Assembly (NCBI GenBank): GCA_030141605.1
Contig: JAQGDQ010000119.1
Location: 305,005-369,004 of the forward strand
Direction of reading: 5' to 3'
DNA length: 64,000 bases
From: Tubiluchus corallicola
Lineage: Eukaryota > Animalia > Priapulida
Below are positions 50,275 to 64,000 of this stretch, in pieces (positions within the stretch are counted from its first letter, which is position 1; every line of letters starts with the position of its first letter). The position numbers and the translations under genes are program-made. The notes under the pieces were generated by a model. That model was not told the DNA's origin, searched no databases, and saw only the letters and a list, made by a program, of their open reading frames with translations.

Positions 50275-52924
50275 CTTAAAGCAAAAAAATGAATTAAATT
50301 TAATTACAGTTCAATTTCAATCAGGCCAATCCTTTTGGTTTGATTATCATTATTTTCCATAATTATATGCTTATTTTATTTCCATTTTGCATTATTTTGA
50401 TTTTGTGCTTTGAATGTTTATGTTTTATACTACTTTATGTTACTATACCATCTTTATCTTACTAAATTACTACATATCTACTGCATGAGTTTGCCTAATT
50501 TATATTAGCTAACCCTAACCTAATTATAAGATAATTATTAACTTCATTTTGTTGACCGCATATCAAATAGATTTAGTAAATAAAATGATGCAACTAAACC
50601 AACATCATGAAAAGGGTGGCTGATCGAAAACTCTAGTTTTCCTTTTCCTGATTTTCTACGAGTTATTTACAGTATTTATGTTGTATGACACTATTATTGG
50701 GGGAAAAAATAAAAAGAACCTGAATCTAAATCTGAATTTTGATATACTTTTCAACTGGTACTGAGATTATCTGGTAAACTTGTGCAAAGGTTATTTGATG
50801 GTCACGAGGTCAGCATATAACAAATTTCTAAATTACAAAATATTTCTGCTATTGGAGGCAAATTAGAAATTATTGTGAAACATAAAAAACAATGCAACTA
50901 TCTTTTTGGTTCACTTTACCTCCAAAAAAATGAAGTAACAATGTAAACATTCGACAGCAATTCATAAACACAATGATAAATTGCCACTTCGATGGGAAAA
51001 TATATGTGCAAATAATATGATATATATATATATATATATATCATGTATCATATATATCGTATATATATATATATAGTCCACTGGTAGATAACTAGTAGTA
51101 ATCTGGGTACCACAAGGTTCATTTTTAGGCCCACTGCTATTTTAATATATATAATATTCCTTAGATAATCCAAATATCTTCCACTTTGCAGATGATTATT
51201 GATCTCCTATGATAATCCTTTTGCCAATAAAATCAATATTCATTAACACAAAAGCAAACAAGAGCACCACAGTATGAGAATAAAATTCACAACTGTTTAA
51301 GGTAAATGCGCCCAGACAAACTAAAAACTACTGTGCATGGAAACTCAAAACAAAAATATATATCACAATATTATTCGCAAATTATAACACAAACTATATG
51401 CAATACATATTTCGACCAAAGACATCATTAGATGTAATGACAAAATAATTTTGAAAAAAATAACAATATAACAAAAGAAAATAACAAGTTCTAAATTATA
51501 CATTCAATTTTTAAAAAAATATCTTGTTTATAATATCTGACGGTGACTCCCGTTATGGGGGGGTCGAAATACCATGTTTTTTAATATAGATTTTACGTCT
51601 CATGTGCTGTTTATAAGTATAACATTGTTTGTTAGCATTTTAATGAGATGCCAAACATCTATCTGCAAGTTCATAAGTACTCGACAATTTCCTGAATGGT
51701 GATGTGGAAAACAAATTCTTAAAATGAAAATAACAGCCGGCACCCACACAGGTATTAGTCAGAGAATGAATTGTGTTGGGGTAACATAACTTTATTTTTT
51801 CGGTTAGTTAGCTTTGTATCACACGATCTTTAAGTTTACAGTTTAGTATTTGTCTTCTATACTTCTTGCTCAATGTTGATTTTTGTAATTTTTATACACT
51901 GTATTTTTATTTGGGTGGATTGTTGTGTGAACGTGACCATAAGTGTGTCCAAACGTTGCAGACGTTTTCGTCTGAATAAAAGCCATGTCTTTGCTTAAGT
52001 GGATGGCAGTTGTAATTTTCAATTTCCTGAATTTTCGTCATAATTAACTAGCAATCAAAGGTTTCCCAGTAGCAAATTTCACCAACTCGGCGAGAGTCAC
52101 TAACCAATATCTGCAAGTCATATCTCACTTGTTTACTTTGCACTGGGCAAAACTAATTTTACACCAGAATATATTTGCACTTAATTAAATCCAAAAATAA
52201 ATTCAGCAATCAGTACTGCACTGCATTAAATTAATATAGAGGCTTGACTCTCAATAAATACAAAGTTCACAGTTAAATGTCATGGCTTTTGTTATACTTT
52301 GCAAAAATGGATCAATTACGTAATGTACGATTGCAATTCATTACCATGTAGAGAATAGGATTTTTTATAATTAAAGTGGGGTCAGGTTACCAGAGTGCCC
52401 TGGGACCCCAACAGGCTAGTTTTAAGTTGGGTGTAAGATCCTGCTTTATAGCTGATAGGTTCAGTTGAACATCAGGACTACAGGTAAACCATTGTGAAGT
52501 CTGGATAACTGTCTGATATCATTCTGATGATAAATGGAATCATCACTGGAATCATCATTCCAACTCCGGGCATCAAGACAGCATCTCACTAGTTTCCACA
52601 TGAAATTAGCCTTGATAAACTACAGCTAAAGAGTAGAACTAGGACAATGTAGTTTTTGTAATCCAAACTATTACATGTTAAAGGCTAACTGCCAAGTATC
52701 AAGACAAATAAGATATTGTGCGATGATTTACTACATGTAATGAATGTATGAACACCCAAAAAACTTTTTTCACCTGGCAGTTAACCCTTTTTTACATAAC
52801 CATATTTTTATTATTGTCAAAGAAAAAAATAAAAACCAGATTAATGTACGATGAAATACATACATTAGTACAATGCTATGTACTAATAAGCAAAAGGCAT
52901 CATAAAATATACCACACTAAAAAG

Positions 52925-53300
52925 CAAATCGACGAGTATTTTTATATATGTTTGAACAATATCAAATAAAACTATATTTTAGTCATGGTTTAAAAGGGCA
53001 CTGCCATTTAAGAGTATACTAATTACAGATTCAGTATCCAAAAGAATGTCAAATGAAATAATATTGTTTAAGTACAAACTGGATAAATTGTGCATGTCTG
53101 ATACATACAGCACATCAAGGGCGTTTGAGCAAACAATGGGTAATAGATTCAATATAATAACCACAAGAACATTTTTGCCAACAATATTACTACTAGCATC
53201 TTTACAACCATGCGTGCTTAAATTATGATTAAGCTATTCTTAAGCGAGAACGGTGTATACAGTAGGAATTTTGCCATGAGTTAAATATGGATTAATCTTT
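52925..53300 (-). mobile_element. CR1/L2-group LINE 3' end
   Basis: Degenerate KCSCGYYIESITHCLL knuckle, then ILLNGSALLNHD..LFDIVQTYI, the typical ORF2 terminus. Confidence 0.55.
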
Positions 53301-56300
53301 AATCTGGATAACTTTAGTTAAGCGCACAAATTAAGCAATGGTAAACGGGTTAAATTCATGGACAAACTAATCATTATTTTCCAAATGTTATACAGTAAAA
53401 GAATGGGTCTGGAATCCAGCATTCAACGGCATACGTGTAGGGTTGTAGTAGGACTGGAACCCGGCTCATTATATCAGTGTCAATCCTCTAAGATGAGACA
53501 ATCAACAGGAAAGGCATCGAATGTCAACACGTTCCAGCTAGGTAAACAGCCAGAATGAGTATGGCGTATAAAATCACCCAACAAAAGCACTAAACTTAGC
53601 AGTCGCAAAAGTCTCTCATTTTCAATCCAGGAGAGTATACATAAAATGAATTAAACGAATAAATGAAAAGTCGGAGCTCCTTCGAGTAATGCCATCTTCC
53701 TCGTTGGAAACTAATAATCTCACATCTAAATGCAACATGCAAATGGCTTTTTCTCTGACTGCCACGTTGAACACGTGTTCTTGACAGTGATAGTTAAATG
53801 TGTAGTAAAGGGTCTGAGTGCACGGCTCATGTAAAAGCTAAAGTACAGGCAATTTAAACAAAAAAGATGAAAATTATCCTTCCCTTGAAAAATGGCAGCG
53901 ATATGAGATGTGTCATTTAATCTTTCTCCTGCACATTTTCTTAACTTTCTGTTTGACAAAGCAAAGCAAAGCAAAAAGACTTGCCGCCATCGGAAAATAT
54001 TGCACTGTTCCGTTTGATCTGCTATTTTATAACTGTAATTGTGATGCAGTTTTTCATTCTAGGTTATTTTCAACAGTATAAGCCGGATATTAAATTGTGT
54101 ACGGTGTTTTCTTTTCAGTATCAGCAAAATAGTAGCTTTCACTGCAAAAATGCTGTAATTTACATCTGACATTTAAATAACCTTCGTAATAATTAATATT
54201 GAAAGTGCCGCAAATAGCTTAAGCTGTCTTGCACCACAACTTTGTATCACTAACACGTCAGGTCCACTATCATTTAAATGACCTCTGTAATGAATGAGAA
54301 TATCTATTTTATGTGCGGACATGCAGAAGCACATACGTCTTTCCAACCGATTCAAATCAGTGAATCAAAGGACCCGCAGAGTCTACCAGTAGCTACAATA
54401 AATAATTGTTGAAGCTAGTTAAATTAACACATTGCAAATGTTTGGAAACATTAACTTTTATCTGTTTTATCCTGTTTTAACGGGTAAAGATTTTAAGGGA
54501 TAACGGTTAAACGGTTAAAAGGTTTAACGGTTAAAGATTTTATCCTGTTTTAACAGTTAAAGATTTAACCAATAAATAAATAAATAAATAAAAAGATACT
54601 AATCATGTTGCTAATAACCTAAAGCAAACCAAAACCTAGAACTTCCAAAATCTCTTGTTTGCAAACATTAACTTTCACGCCACCCACTTATTATGACATC
54701 TGTGTTCAGTTAAAACGTCTCCAAGTATTACAAACTTCCATGTCAAAGAAAGAAACCTTCTTACGTTTATGGAATTATATAATTCAGATTTACAGAACAA
54801 TAGAAATTTTGCGGCGTGTAATAATGCATTTGTATGACACGAATGGCAAGACAAGGGACCATAATGCCACAGCAAACACTGGCGTAATGTGAGTAAAACT
54901 CATTGTGTATTACTCACAAGCTAGGAAGTGCTAAAATAACTTAACAGTTTTTGTGATCACCATTGTATGTTTTTGCACTTTGTCAAAGACTCAAACCTCA
55001 AAGGACACAGGTCTAAGACATGAAAAATGCATTACCACCTCAATACATTAAGAGGGATGCTGGCCAGTTCACAATGATAACTCAGATCAATATACATTCT
55101 AAAAAGCTAAAAACGTTACCAGCTATGTGACAAGCACTTACAGACTGACCACGCGGTCATTCAAAACAGTTTTGAGTTTGTCAGTGTTGAGGCACTGGGA
55201 GGACATCGATACTGACATTTGAATCATATTCAAGTTTGACGATATTGTAGTGTGAACACCTTTTTCACATTAAATATAGGTTTCTAGAGAAGTTATGCGC
55301 ATAAAAGCGACCTTCTTTGCTTTTCTACTAGTTCATTTAGCTTAACTGACGATGGTGAAAACTCTATTTCATCGTTCTTAATAATAAATAATAATTACAT
55401 CTATTTAAATTCGGCCTTAAATTCAATGCGCAAGCCTGCCACGACGCTTTTATCGTCGACTCCAAACGCAACACAAACACCACTTTATAAAGGACTGGAC
55501 GGTGCAAACAGCGCAGTATAAATAAAATAAAATAAAATAAAATAAAAGTATGTGATTGTGTGTCTGCGTGTATGTGTATGTGCGTGCGTGTATGGATGTA
55601 TGGATGTAGGCAAGTATATATGTATGCAAATATGGTTCATCTGAACTGTGCCACTCGTTCATGTATTAGAATGTACTAATATGTATATCAAGTATGCATC
55701 TTTTACTACTTAAGAAAATTTCAGTGCTTGTAGTTAGGCATTTACTTTAAACTTATAACCAGTAATTAATTGACATAGCAAATGTGATTGTGCGATTTTG
55801 GTAAACATAATTTAATTATAAGAACAGTAATATTGTGACTTTTTAATTTTGTGAATTATACGTGCTGCTGGTAAATATCTATTGCATATCTAGGAAGCCA
55901 AACTAATTGGTTTAATTAAAGAATTCGTTTTCCTTCCTTGTTTTTCTTTTATCAAAGATGATTTAATGAAATCTGATAAAATTACGATTGCATCTTAAAA
56001 CTAACCAAGTATTATGCCTTTATTTCCTAATTGTACTTGCTTAAATCAGAGCATATGCTAAATTTATAAACTTTTTACTAAACTAAATTATTTTATGTTT
56101 GCTGCTTATTCATAGACTATCATTATCATAACTCCCAGCTTGAAAACGTTGATTTTAAGTTACATACCTAAACCCCAGAGAACTAAATTTGATACACTGC
56201 GTGACTTCTTGTTGCCATGCTCGTATAAACACATTACAACTACTCTATTTTCATTTTTATTGTTTTTTAGTTATCACTAAAAAACAATGAATTATTAACA

Positions 56301-56972
56301 AAAAGCGTCTGCATTTTGTAAGTACATGCGCACAGATCTTTCCATGAATGATTGTATGATGGCAAAGACAGGATTAGAGAATTTATGACAGGTTTATATA
56401 CTTTTACAAGGAAATGTACATATACTTGCACTCATGCTGGCAACTACAACAACCTATCTTAGTTTGACTATCAGGCAAGCAATTGAATATACTTAGTATT
56501 GTCTGATTATAAAAGTCATTTGCACAACTGCTCATAATTCCCAAAATACTTCTAGTTTCATTTCTTTGCAGCAACAACTTTTTACTCAAAAGTTCTTTTT
56601 CTTTAGATTTCGTTTTCCCTTTCATTTTTACTTTGCAGGAGACACTAAAACAATGCTCGTTTTCACACAAACCATTTTGGTGCTATTTCAGAAATGAAGA
56701 GCAGTTAGGGAACACCCCTTCAACAAATAGTTATGTGCAAAGTAGCTGAAGATGTGGACAGAATTCAGAGTTTCGACTGTCAGTATTTTGAAGGACCGTG
56801 TGGACTACGCATTAGCCAAGCTGCCAAAATTTCATTCATTCCGATGAATGCCTCGTTTGTGTTTAAATAACGCCATGATCCTGCCTATTTCACAGACCAT
56901 TAATAGCATATTAATATGACTGTTAATGTATATTGATAATTAATATGACTGACGTTTATTCTGGCCACTTAC

Positions 56973-57140
56973 CTAAACCAAGATTCTGAGAGTTGACATT
57001 TAACACGGATGCTTTCTTATCTGGTGCATGCCTCTCACCGAATACTGTTGGAACTATGACTAGGTCAGATTCAGAAACATCGGTTTCGGCAGCCAAGGAC
57101 AATACAGTCTCCCAAATTCGTTCTTCTGGAACTCCAAGAC
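56973..57140 (-). CDS. SHPK: SHPK exon (LGVPEERIWETVL...VPTVFGERHAPDKKASVLNVNSQNLGL)
   Basis: SHPK motif PT.(F/L)GERH.PD..ASV. Boundaries tgtcag / gtaagt. Confidence 0.96.
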
Positions 57141-57623
57141 CTGACACAAATGTGACACTGGTTAAACAATTCACACATGCTAAGTCCTAAACAGGAACTG
57201 ATTTTACAGAACATTCACAAGATGATTAAATTACAAAACCGATATAATCATTAAGTGTGAGTGAGTACTTGTGAAATTTCGACATCAGTTCTATTTTAAA
57301 ATCGTTATTATTGCTTTTTACTAAACTGCAAAATAAAGGGCTTTGCACTAAAACAAACAGCAACAGAACTTACAGAAGTTAGTACAGCTATACAGAAAAA
57401 GCCATATAAAAAGTCTTAAACAGCAGACATAAAGGGGAGTATGAATGTTCCATAATTTCCATTCTATAGAGAAGTGCACCGTGACGTTTTGACTGAGAAA
57501 CAAAAACACCAAGTCAGGCCAGGGGAAATTTACTTTGGAATTTTTGTATTCTGAGTTTTCTAATGCATATCTCATTACCATTACATGGACCATTTCAGAA
57601 TAACAGCAACCCCTTTTTGTTAA

Positions 57624-58213
57624 AGAAAAACCAGACCCAATCTTAAACTGTAGGTCACAACAATATACTCTACAAAATATTGAAAAGGAACATATTATTT
57701 TTCCAAGAATGACTCATGCAAAAAAAAATTTATTACGTAATTTCGTGTTCGCGTGGCTAGTTCTTCTCTGTTCCATACATTTCGCCTTTCATTAATTAGA
57801 TGGGCACTAGTACCTGCATTTCAGAAATGCAGTGTACAAAAACAGATGCTGTACCTCTCACTTCAGAGGTGTTCATTAGTGACATAGTGCCCATGCATGA
57901 GCATAGCCCTAAATTTGAAATTTGAATATTTATCTAAAAACATACCAAGTTTTAACACACTGTATCTCTTACAGTAGAGCTGTACCTCAATTTTGTCTTT
58001 CGGAAACAGGTTCAACGCTCATGGAATGTTTTTGCTGTTGAAAATTATGTTTGTGTGTGGCGTCATCAATAGTTGGGCTCGTCTGCCATTAATTAAGATT
58101 TTAATCTGCATTTAATTATCAGAAACGCTGTTGCAGTATTATTGGTGTTAAAATGTATACTTATTACTGTACTTCAAAATGGGGCAGGTTATAAAAAATC
58201 ATCCTGTTTTCCT
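57624..58213 (+). mobile_element. TTAA-flanked (Kolobok-like) non-autonomous element, copy 2, in an SHPK intron
   Basis: TTAA|AGAAAAACC...GTTTTCCT|TTAA. Homologous to 11734-12252. Confidence 0.7.
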
Positions 58214-58636
58214 TTAAATAGAAAATAAAGTGAGGTGGGTGACTCAGTGGTGGTGCCATCAATCTTCATGATCGAATTTTAAGAATAGCACCGAGGTTGG
58301 TCAGCAAGTGGACAGGTGAACCGCTTCGATTCTCACTCTGGGAGGTTTCATTTCCTATGCTGACCTGGCTCTTTATCTCTTCAGAGAGTTTTGCATTTGA
58401 GTTGCACTTAAACTGACTTTAAATAGAGAGAAAATGCACACACATATCAGGACACCTCTGCCTGTTCAGTGGATCATGATCGCCAGTTTGAGTAGGTCCT
58501 ATCCTTGAATGCCGGATTCTACATTGCATAGAAAAAGACAAATACAGTAATTTAAATCCAATTTTAAACAACAAATTTTTGCTTAACAAAGGCGCGTTTA
58601 TAACAATAATGCAAAATTTTACACTGCAAAACCAAC

Positions 58637-58834
58637 CTAAAGAATGTGTCCACTGCTGCAACATTCTCACAAACGATGCCATCACGTTTCCGCCGTTCAA
58701 CGAAGCGGCAACGGCAAGGTAGCGGCCGTGAAAGTACGGGAAGTACTCTATCGCACAGGCACTTTGTTTCGTGGGTGGATGAAATCCCTTGGGCATTATG
58801 AAAGACAACTGTGCAGACGTACTGATATTCAATA
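58637..58834 (-). CDS. SHPK: SHPK exon (LNISTSAQLSF...EYFPYFHGRYLAVAASLNGGNVMASFVRMLQQW); 5' exons lie beyond the window
   Basis: Near-identical to SHPK VLNISTS.QL..YFPYF...YL.VAASLNGGNV. Boundaries tttcag / gttggt. Confidence 0.97.
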
Positions 58835-59309
58835 CTGAAAAGAGAAAAAAGCTCAATAGAAATCAAAACTAAAAAATGAATAAAATCTTAAGGAAATTAC
58901 AACAATGAATTAAGGTACCTCAATGAAGACATTATAAAAAGACAACATTTCAGTATCCAAACTTTTTTTCTAAAGACACTCCAGAAGAAGAGATGCAGTG
59001 TTATGAGAATAAATATTTTTGCCGCTGATGACGTGCAAGAATTGACGGAAATAGTGATGAAACGCAACTAGCATAGCAATCATAAGCAATGTCTAGCTTT
59101 TCACAGGAATAACTGCTGTGTTCACGTGTCTTGAACTCAGATTTCTTACACACATATTTTAGAATTCCGTCTGCCCAATGTCAGTGATAAAGATGGTGAG
59201 CGTATGATATTGATAACTGAAATGAACGGCAGAATAAAAAGCAACATATTCTTTGTTTAAAATTAATTAAATAGCTACTTTATTGTGCACAAAGCGGAAT
59301 TGAGAGGAC

Positions 59310-59432
59310 CTTCTCTACCCTTCCTTTCATTTCTTTCTTTTCTCTTTCCTTTTCTTCCTTCCTTTCTTTTCGTTTCTTTCTTCTTTTCTTTTCTTCTCTT
59401 TCTCTTCTTTTTTCTTTTCTCTTCTTCTTGTT
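59310..59432. repeat. CT-rich low-complexity tract
   Basis: Directly visible (TTTC/TTC)n. Confidence 0.85.
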
Positions 59433-61314
59433 TATTTATTGAAATTCAAGACGCAAAAAAGCAAAAAAAACAGTTTCAAGTATTTCTGTACGTCAGAAAC
59501 CGCCTTTTCTATTGACAGACGAAAACAAATTCATTTAGAAATTATTATTTATGTAGCCTCCAATTCAACGCCCCAGCAAACACAATGTTCAACTTCACTT
59601 GTTCAGCTTCTTGATGCTGTGGCTTCATTTATACTTCATCCAGTTAACTCAATTCCGCTAATAATTAAGACAGAGGGAAAAATTGTATTATAAATTATAT
59701 CCAATTTTCTTTTGCTTTTTCTACTTTTTCTACTACAATTGCAATATTGCCGCAGTTCTGCTCAGTTTTGCCCATCTCTACGCTAGACTGATATAATGTA
59801 TCACTTTTGATAATAATAATCCTTGTATAATATGAAGTTCATGAACCTTGGGAAATGCTTTTTTGCTCTCTTTTGTTATCAATTGTTTTGTTATAAATTT
59901 ATACTAATCCATGTTTACGTGGTGAACAATGTGGTCATGGTGAGTTGCATGACTGAGTCACACACGTCATTTCCAGCCATAATCTCATTAAATGCTCAAG
60001 ATAACACACTAGTCAGTATGCACCCAAGGTCCAGCAATAGATGGAAGACCATGAGAAAAAGCACTTTAACGGTTATACTGTCCCTGTGTAGCTAAAGGAA
60101 AGGGCGTGTGAAGAGCTGAAGTTAAGCAATGTTAAATTTGGCAGTAAATAAATGGGCGACTGCCTTGACGGCTATGCTGCCCCTGAGTATTTACCTCGCT
60201 GAAGTAGACAGTGTATATGCATTTGAAAAATCGAAGTTAAGCATTGTTAAATTTAGCCAGTAAATAGATGAGCGACCACCAGAAAAAATGCTTTTTATAG
60301 GTCTACACTGGCCCTATGCATTTGCCTCGTTGATGGAGAGGCATATGCATCTGAAAGTGACTTCCGCATCTAATACAAAAATTGCCTTTGATAAGTGAGG
60401 TAGGCTCTGGTGTTGCCACAATTAGTAAAAGACCCTGCCGATGACTGCTAGATCTCATTGACCAACCGAATAAAAAATAAAATATCAGGATAGGCCTGCA
60501 GTCTGCACGCATACTGTCTGTCTGTATGTTTATCTATACATAGGCCTAGAAGAGCCTGAAAATTTCACACAGGCTACACACGATGGATTCACACCTCACC
60601 TGAGGCCATAATCTGGGCTTACGCCAGAAGCATAGAATCACATCTTTCGCTTGACTGGTTCTGTATCCAGTAGCATAAATCCACCTTCACAGAAAAACCA
60701 GCAACCGGTGCCTGTTGGTGATTAAAGCAATTTTGCTGCCCTATTTATGACGGCAGATAAAACATGTACGATTAAGCAGACATAATAGCTGAAAATTTAT
60801 CATCGCCGAACAGCTTATGTAAGGATCTACACGACTCGAGCAGCAGGCGCGTTTAAACTATGAAACAACCCTGGCAGATAAAATCTGAAAACCTCTGAGC
60901 TCTTTGAGATTAAATTACAGCTTCATGAAACCTTTTCACATCTCGGCAAGGATCTCAACTCTCAGCTCGGCAAACCCGAGGTGATGAGAGAATGAATGCA
61001 TGAAAAGAGAACGTACAGCTAAGCGCTTAAAATGGACATGAGTACCTGTAACGACATACAGTTTTGAAAAGCTGTCGCTTCGCCGACAGACCAGTGTGTG
61101 CCTCCTAAAGTAGTGATCGTTCTTTTAACCCGAGGGAAATTCTGTTTCGTTTGTTCAGTAGCACTGCATGAAAAGCCCGATGTGGACTGCATACATGTCA
61201 TTCAGTTATTCATAGTCAAGCAAACCAAAATGGAAAACTTTCTTGACAATTGAAAACTCGGGAGAGCAAAGTTAAGACCATTAAATACCAGTGCTCGAGA
61301 AAATCTACATAAGC

Positions 61315-61515
61315 AGACGGTTTAGTCTAGTCACTCCGCTTTCCGTCTGGGAGGTCGTGGCTCGTGAGTTCGATACAGCGGCCGAGCGTAACAAACACTT
61401 TAAAAATGGTCCTGCTGTTGCCCTGCGTGGCGCGTGGTATTTAGAGTAAAAGTGAGGTAATAATGCTCTCTGTTATGTAGTTGTAGATTGTTATTTACAG
61501 TTGGCCTAAAAGCTC

Positions 61516-61550
<35 letters not shown>
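61315..61550 (+). mobile_element. tRNA-derived SINE with conserved central domain, copy 1, with (TTA)n tail
   Basis: GAGTTCGATAC B-box, then GGCCGAG..ACTTTAAAAATGGTCCTGCTG..GGCGC, ending in (TTA)n. Confidence 0.55.
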
Positions 61551-61664
61551 GTTAAGCGAGGCGATTTCATCAGGACTAATTCTGAATGGCACTACCATCT
61601 ATTATAGATCTCTAAAGTCCGGTTTCCACGATCGATTCGACCGACAAAGTGGGGAAACCCCATC

Positions 61665-61882
61665 CGGGAGGCCCAGGCCAGTGGTAGTGCGCTCGCTTCC
61701 CTCCGGGAGGAGGTCGTGTGTTCAACTCTCGACCGAGTAATACCAAAGACTTGAAAAACGATACCGCTGGTTCTTGACCAAGCACGCGGGCCTAACGAAA
61801 TAACATGCGGATAATAATAATCGGGACCAGCTTGGAAATAATTATTGAGTTACAAAAGGTATTATCCCTGACTATGTCCTGA

Positions 61883-61913
<31 letters not shown>

Positions 61914-61914
61914 T
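61665..61914 (+). mobile_element. tRNA-derived SINE, related copy 2, with (TTA)n tail
   Basis: GGCCAGTGG A-box-like, GTTCAACTC B-box, GACCGAGTAATACCAAAGACTTGAAAAA body and (TTA)n tail. Confidence 0.55.
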
Positions 61915-64000
61915 CAGCTAGCATTTACCCAGGAATTCAAAAGTTGAAAAACTAAAATTTTGATGTCTGACAAATTCGTACTGTTTGTTGTTGCACTTAT
62001 TACTTTTGGTTTGCGAACACATCTAAATGCTGCAATTCATTAAATCATATGCATCCAGGGTAGTTTTAGTCAGCTAACGTGTATTGTAGTGAACTTGCGG
62101 TTATAATTATTTACAAAATACACAACATGAATAAATAAAATGTAATACATAGTGTAGTTGCGTAGTAATGCATACTCCCGATACCCTCCCCCCCCCGTTT
62201 CTCCCTTCTTTGTGGGGAACCTCATACGCTACGGTACATATAAATAGTTTAATGCTTATTTAAATATATTGAATTTTCCCGTTCACGCGACGTCCGACAA
62301 AATCTGTCCAATTCCAACCAATTTTTATAATTGCAATTTGTAATTGTAATTTATTATCCACTTCAGCATAATAACAATTTACATTATCACATTATAATTA
62401 TTATAAATCAAATCAATTGTAGTTACAGTAATTGTAACAAAATTATATTGATGTGTTATTATGTGATATGATTAGGGAAAAAAATGCAATATAATTACAA
62501 TAATTGTAAAAGAGCTATATTAATATAGTTACTAAACTACATAATAGTTTATCAAACAGAAATAAATGCTGCATGGTGGTTAAGAAACAAAGCTTGTGAA
62601 ACCACCATGAACAGTGGAAAGAAAAATTGCTTAGCTAGCAAGAGAAAGAAAAAGATAGAAAAACCAAGAATAATAAAGATTAAGTAATAAAATACGATAG
62701 AAAATGAGAGAGAAGAGAAATGAAATAGAAAGAAGTTCAGCAGAGAAGTGACGCAAAAGTATGAAAATATGAACTGTAAAGTAGTCATTTGCGGGATGTA
62801 CTGTAACTATTGCAGTTCGCGGCATTTTGTCTGGTCGTACAAACTATTCATCCAACTTTGTCCACCTCATCCGACAGTCCGATTTTGTCGGATAGTCTAA
62901 ACCAGGGCATAAGACTCTAACTGCACAACTGTGCTTGGCAAATTAAATGGAAACAAAATCCACGTTCAGTACGTGCATGCGATAGGTAAAACAGCATCAC
63001 CCTGCCAATAATCAACCTGTTACCAGCAAAAACGTGTGTTACTTACAGCTGTGACAACTGTGTAGCTTAGAATAAATTTCCATGACGTTGTGCAAACAGT
63101 ATAGCAGCTTTTGGTTGCGCCAACTCTATTTACCTGTAGTTTTAAAGCTGAGACCTCATATCGAATGTTCTTGCACGTATGCATAATAAAAGTTACAAAA
63201 TAAAAACGTTTACTCCTCTTAGCAGTTGCAGGCACCGCTGAATTTAGACCTTGAGGATTAGGGTACCTCAGGTTCTGGGCCCCTCAATATAAAAATTAAA
63301 TTACGTGGTAACTAAAATAAACTAAAATAAAGAATAAACCGCCGACGAGAACTTCTGATTTTATTTTTCTCAATTTTATTGACTGTAAGAATAACTACTG
63401 ACTACAATTTCCAATTTGTAATATAGGCCATAGTGATATAAATTAAAAGGAAAAGAATTGGATTTTATAAAAAGTTTAAAACACCATATAATTAGCTTAT
63501 AAGAAGGAATCAACCAGGAATTTTATCAAATGCTTGCCAAAAAAACGCGAAAGCATATTTCTGCTGTTTTGAGTTCAAATGGTAGACATGAATTATAAAA
63601 TTTGGTGACCAAGTTTTTTACGTTATTTCTTCAGTACAATCCCAGTAAAAATAAAATAATTGATTAATCATGTCACTAATTTATTGTAGTCAAATTTATT
63701 TAAAGATACTAAGTATCAAAGTGTTTCTGAGATACTGTACAAAGGTCATAGGAACTGGCAAGTCACATTTATGCATTACACAACAATGTCTAGAAAAAGT
63801 CTTTCTTTATACATTTTTAACATCTGCAAAATCTTTCTTAAATAACTCATCAAACGGTGTCATCTTGAGGGCACTGCTCTCGGCACTTTCGTGGGTCATC
63901 GTGCTTCTTGTTGGTCGCTCTTTCTCCCAACTAGTGACCATCAAGCTCAAATATATTCTTAAGGGTACATAAACACCTGGGAAAGAAGCCCTTCGTGCCC

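Noticed and set aside
60118-60280. Two ~47-bp direct repeats 115 bp apart
   Set aside because: There are only two diverged copies, consistent with an ordinary local duplication.
60600-60711. Minus-strand exon-like segment in the SHPK intron
   Set aside because: It has stops in all three frames and no SHPK similarity. It cannot be distinguished from chance splice signals.

Overview
AT-rich, intron-rich eukaryotic DNA from an invertebrate animal (taxon not determinable from sequence). It contains no prokaryotic features or CRISPR. I reconstructed three spliced genes by hand, checking GT-AG boundaries and reading-frame phase at every junction. (1) A Ca2+/calmodulin-dependent protein kinase kinase (CaMKK) on +: 13 confident exons at 25507-34105, plus four phase-compatible upstream exons (6600-19486) that form a long N-terminal extension; its true start codon is uncertain. 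(2) A complete 5-exon MRPL32 on - (40653-36132, 190 aa), convergent with CaMKK. (3) The last four exons of sedoheptulokinase SHPK on - (58834-49112); its 5' exons lie beyond the window. The rest is transposon debris (Gypsy and BEL/Pao remnants, LINE 3' ends, Penelope fragments, MITEs, tRNA-derived SINEs) and tandem repeats. The most interesting observation is a decayed Gypsy element with an apparently spliced accessory ORF between pol and the 3' LTR, encoding a C2H2 zinc finger, a CtBP-type PLDLTVK motif, a coiled coil and a basic/Ser-rich tail. Also notable: an array of duplicated decoy splice donors behind a CaMKK exon, a cryptic donor that would remove the C-terminal 14-3-3 motif, a 67-bp satellite born inside a MITE, and CaMKK-SHPK linkage that echoes human 17p13.2.
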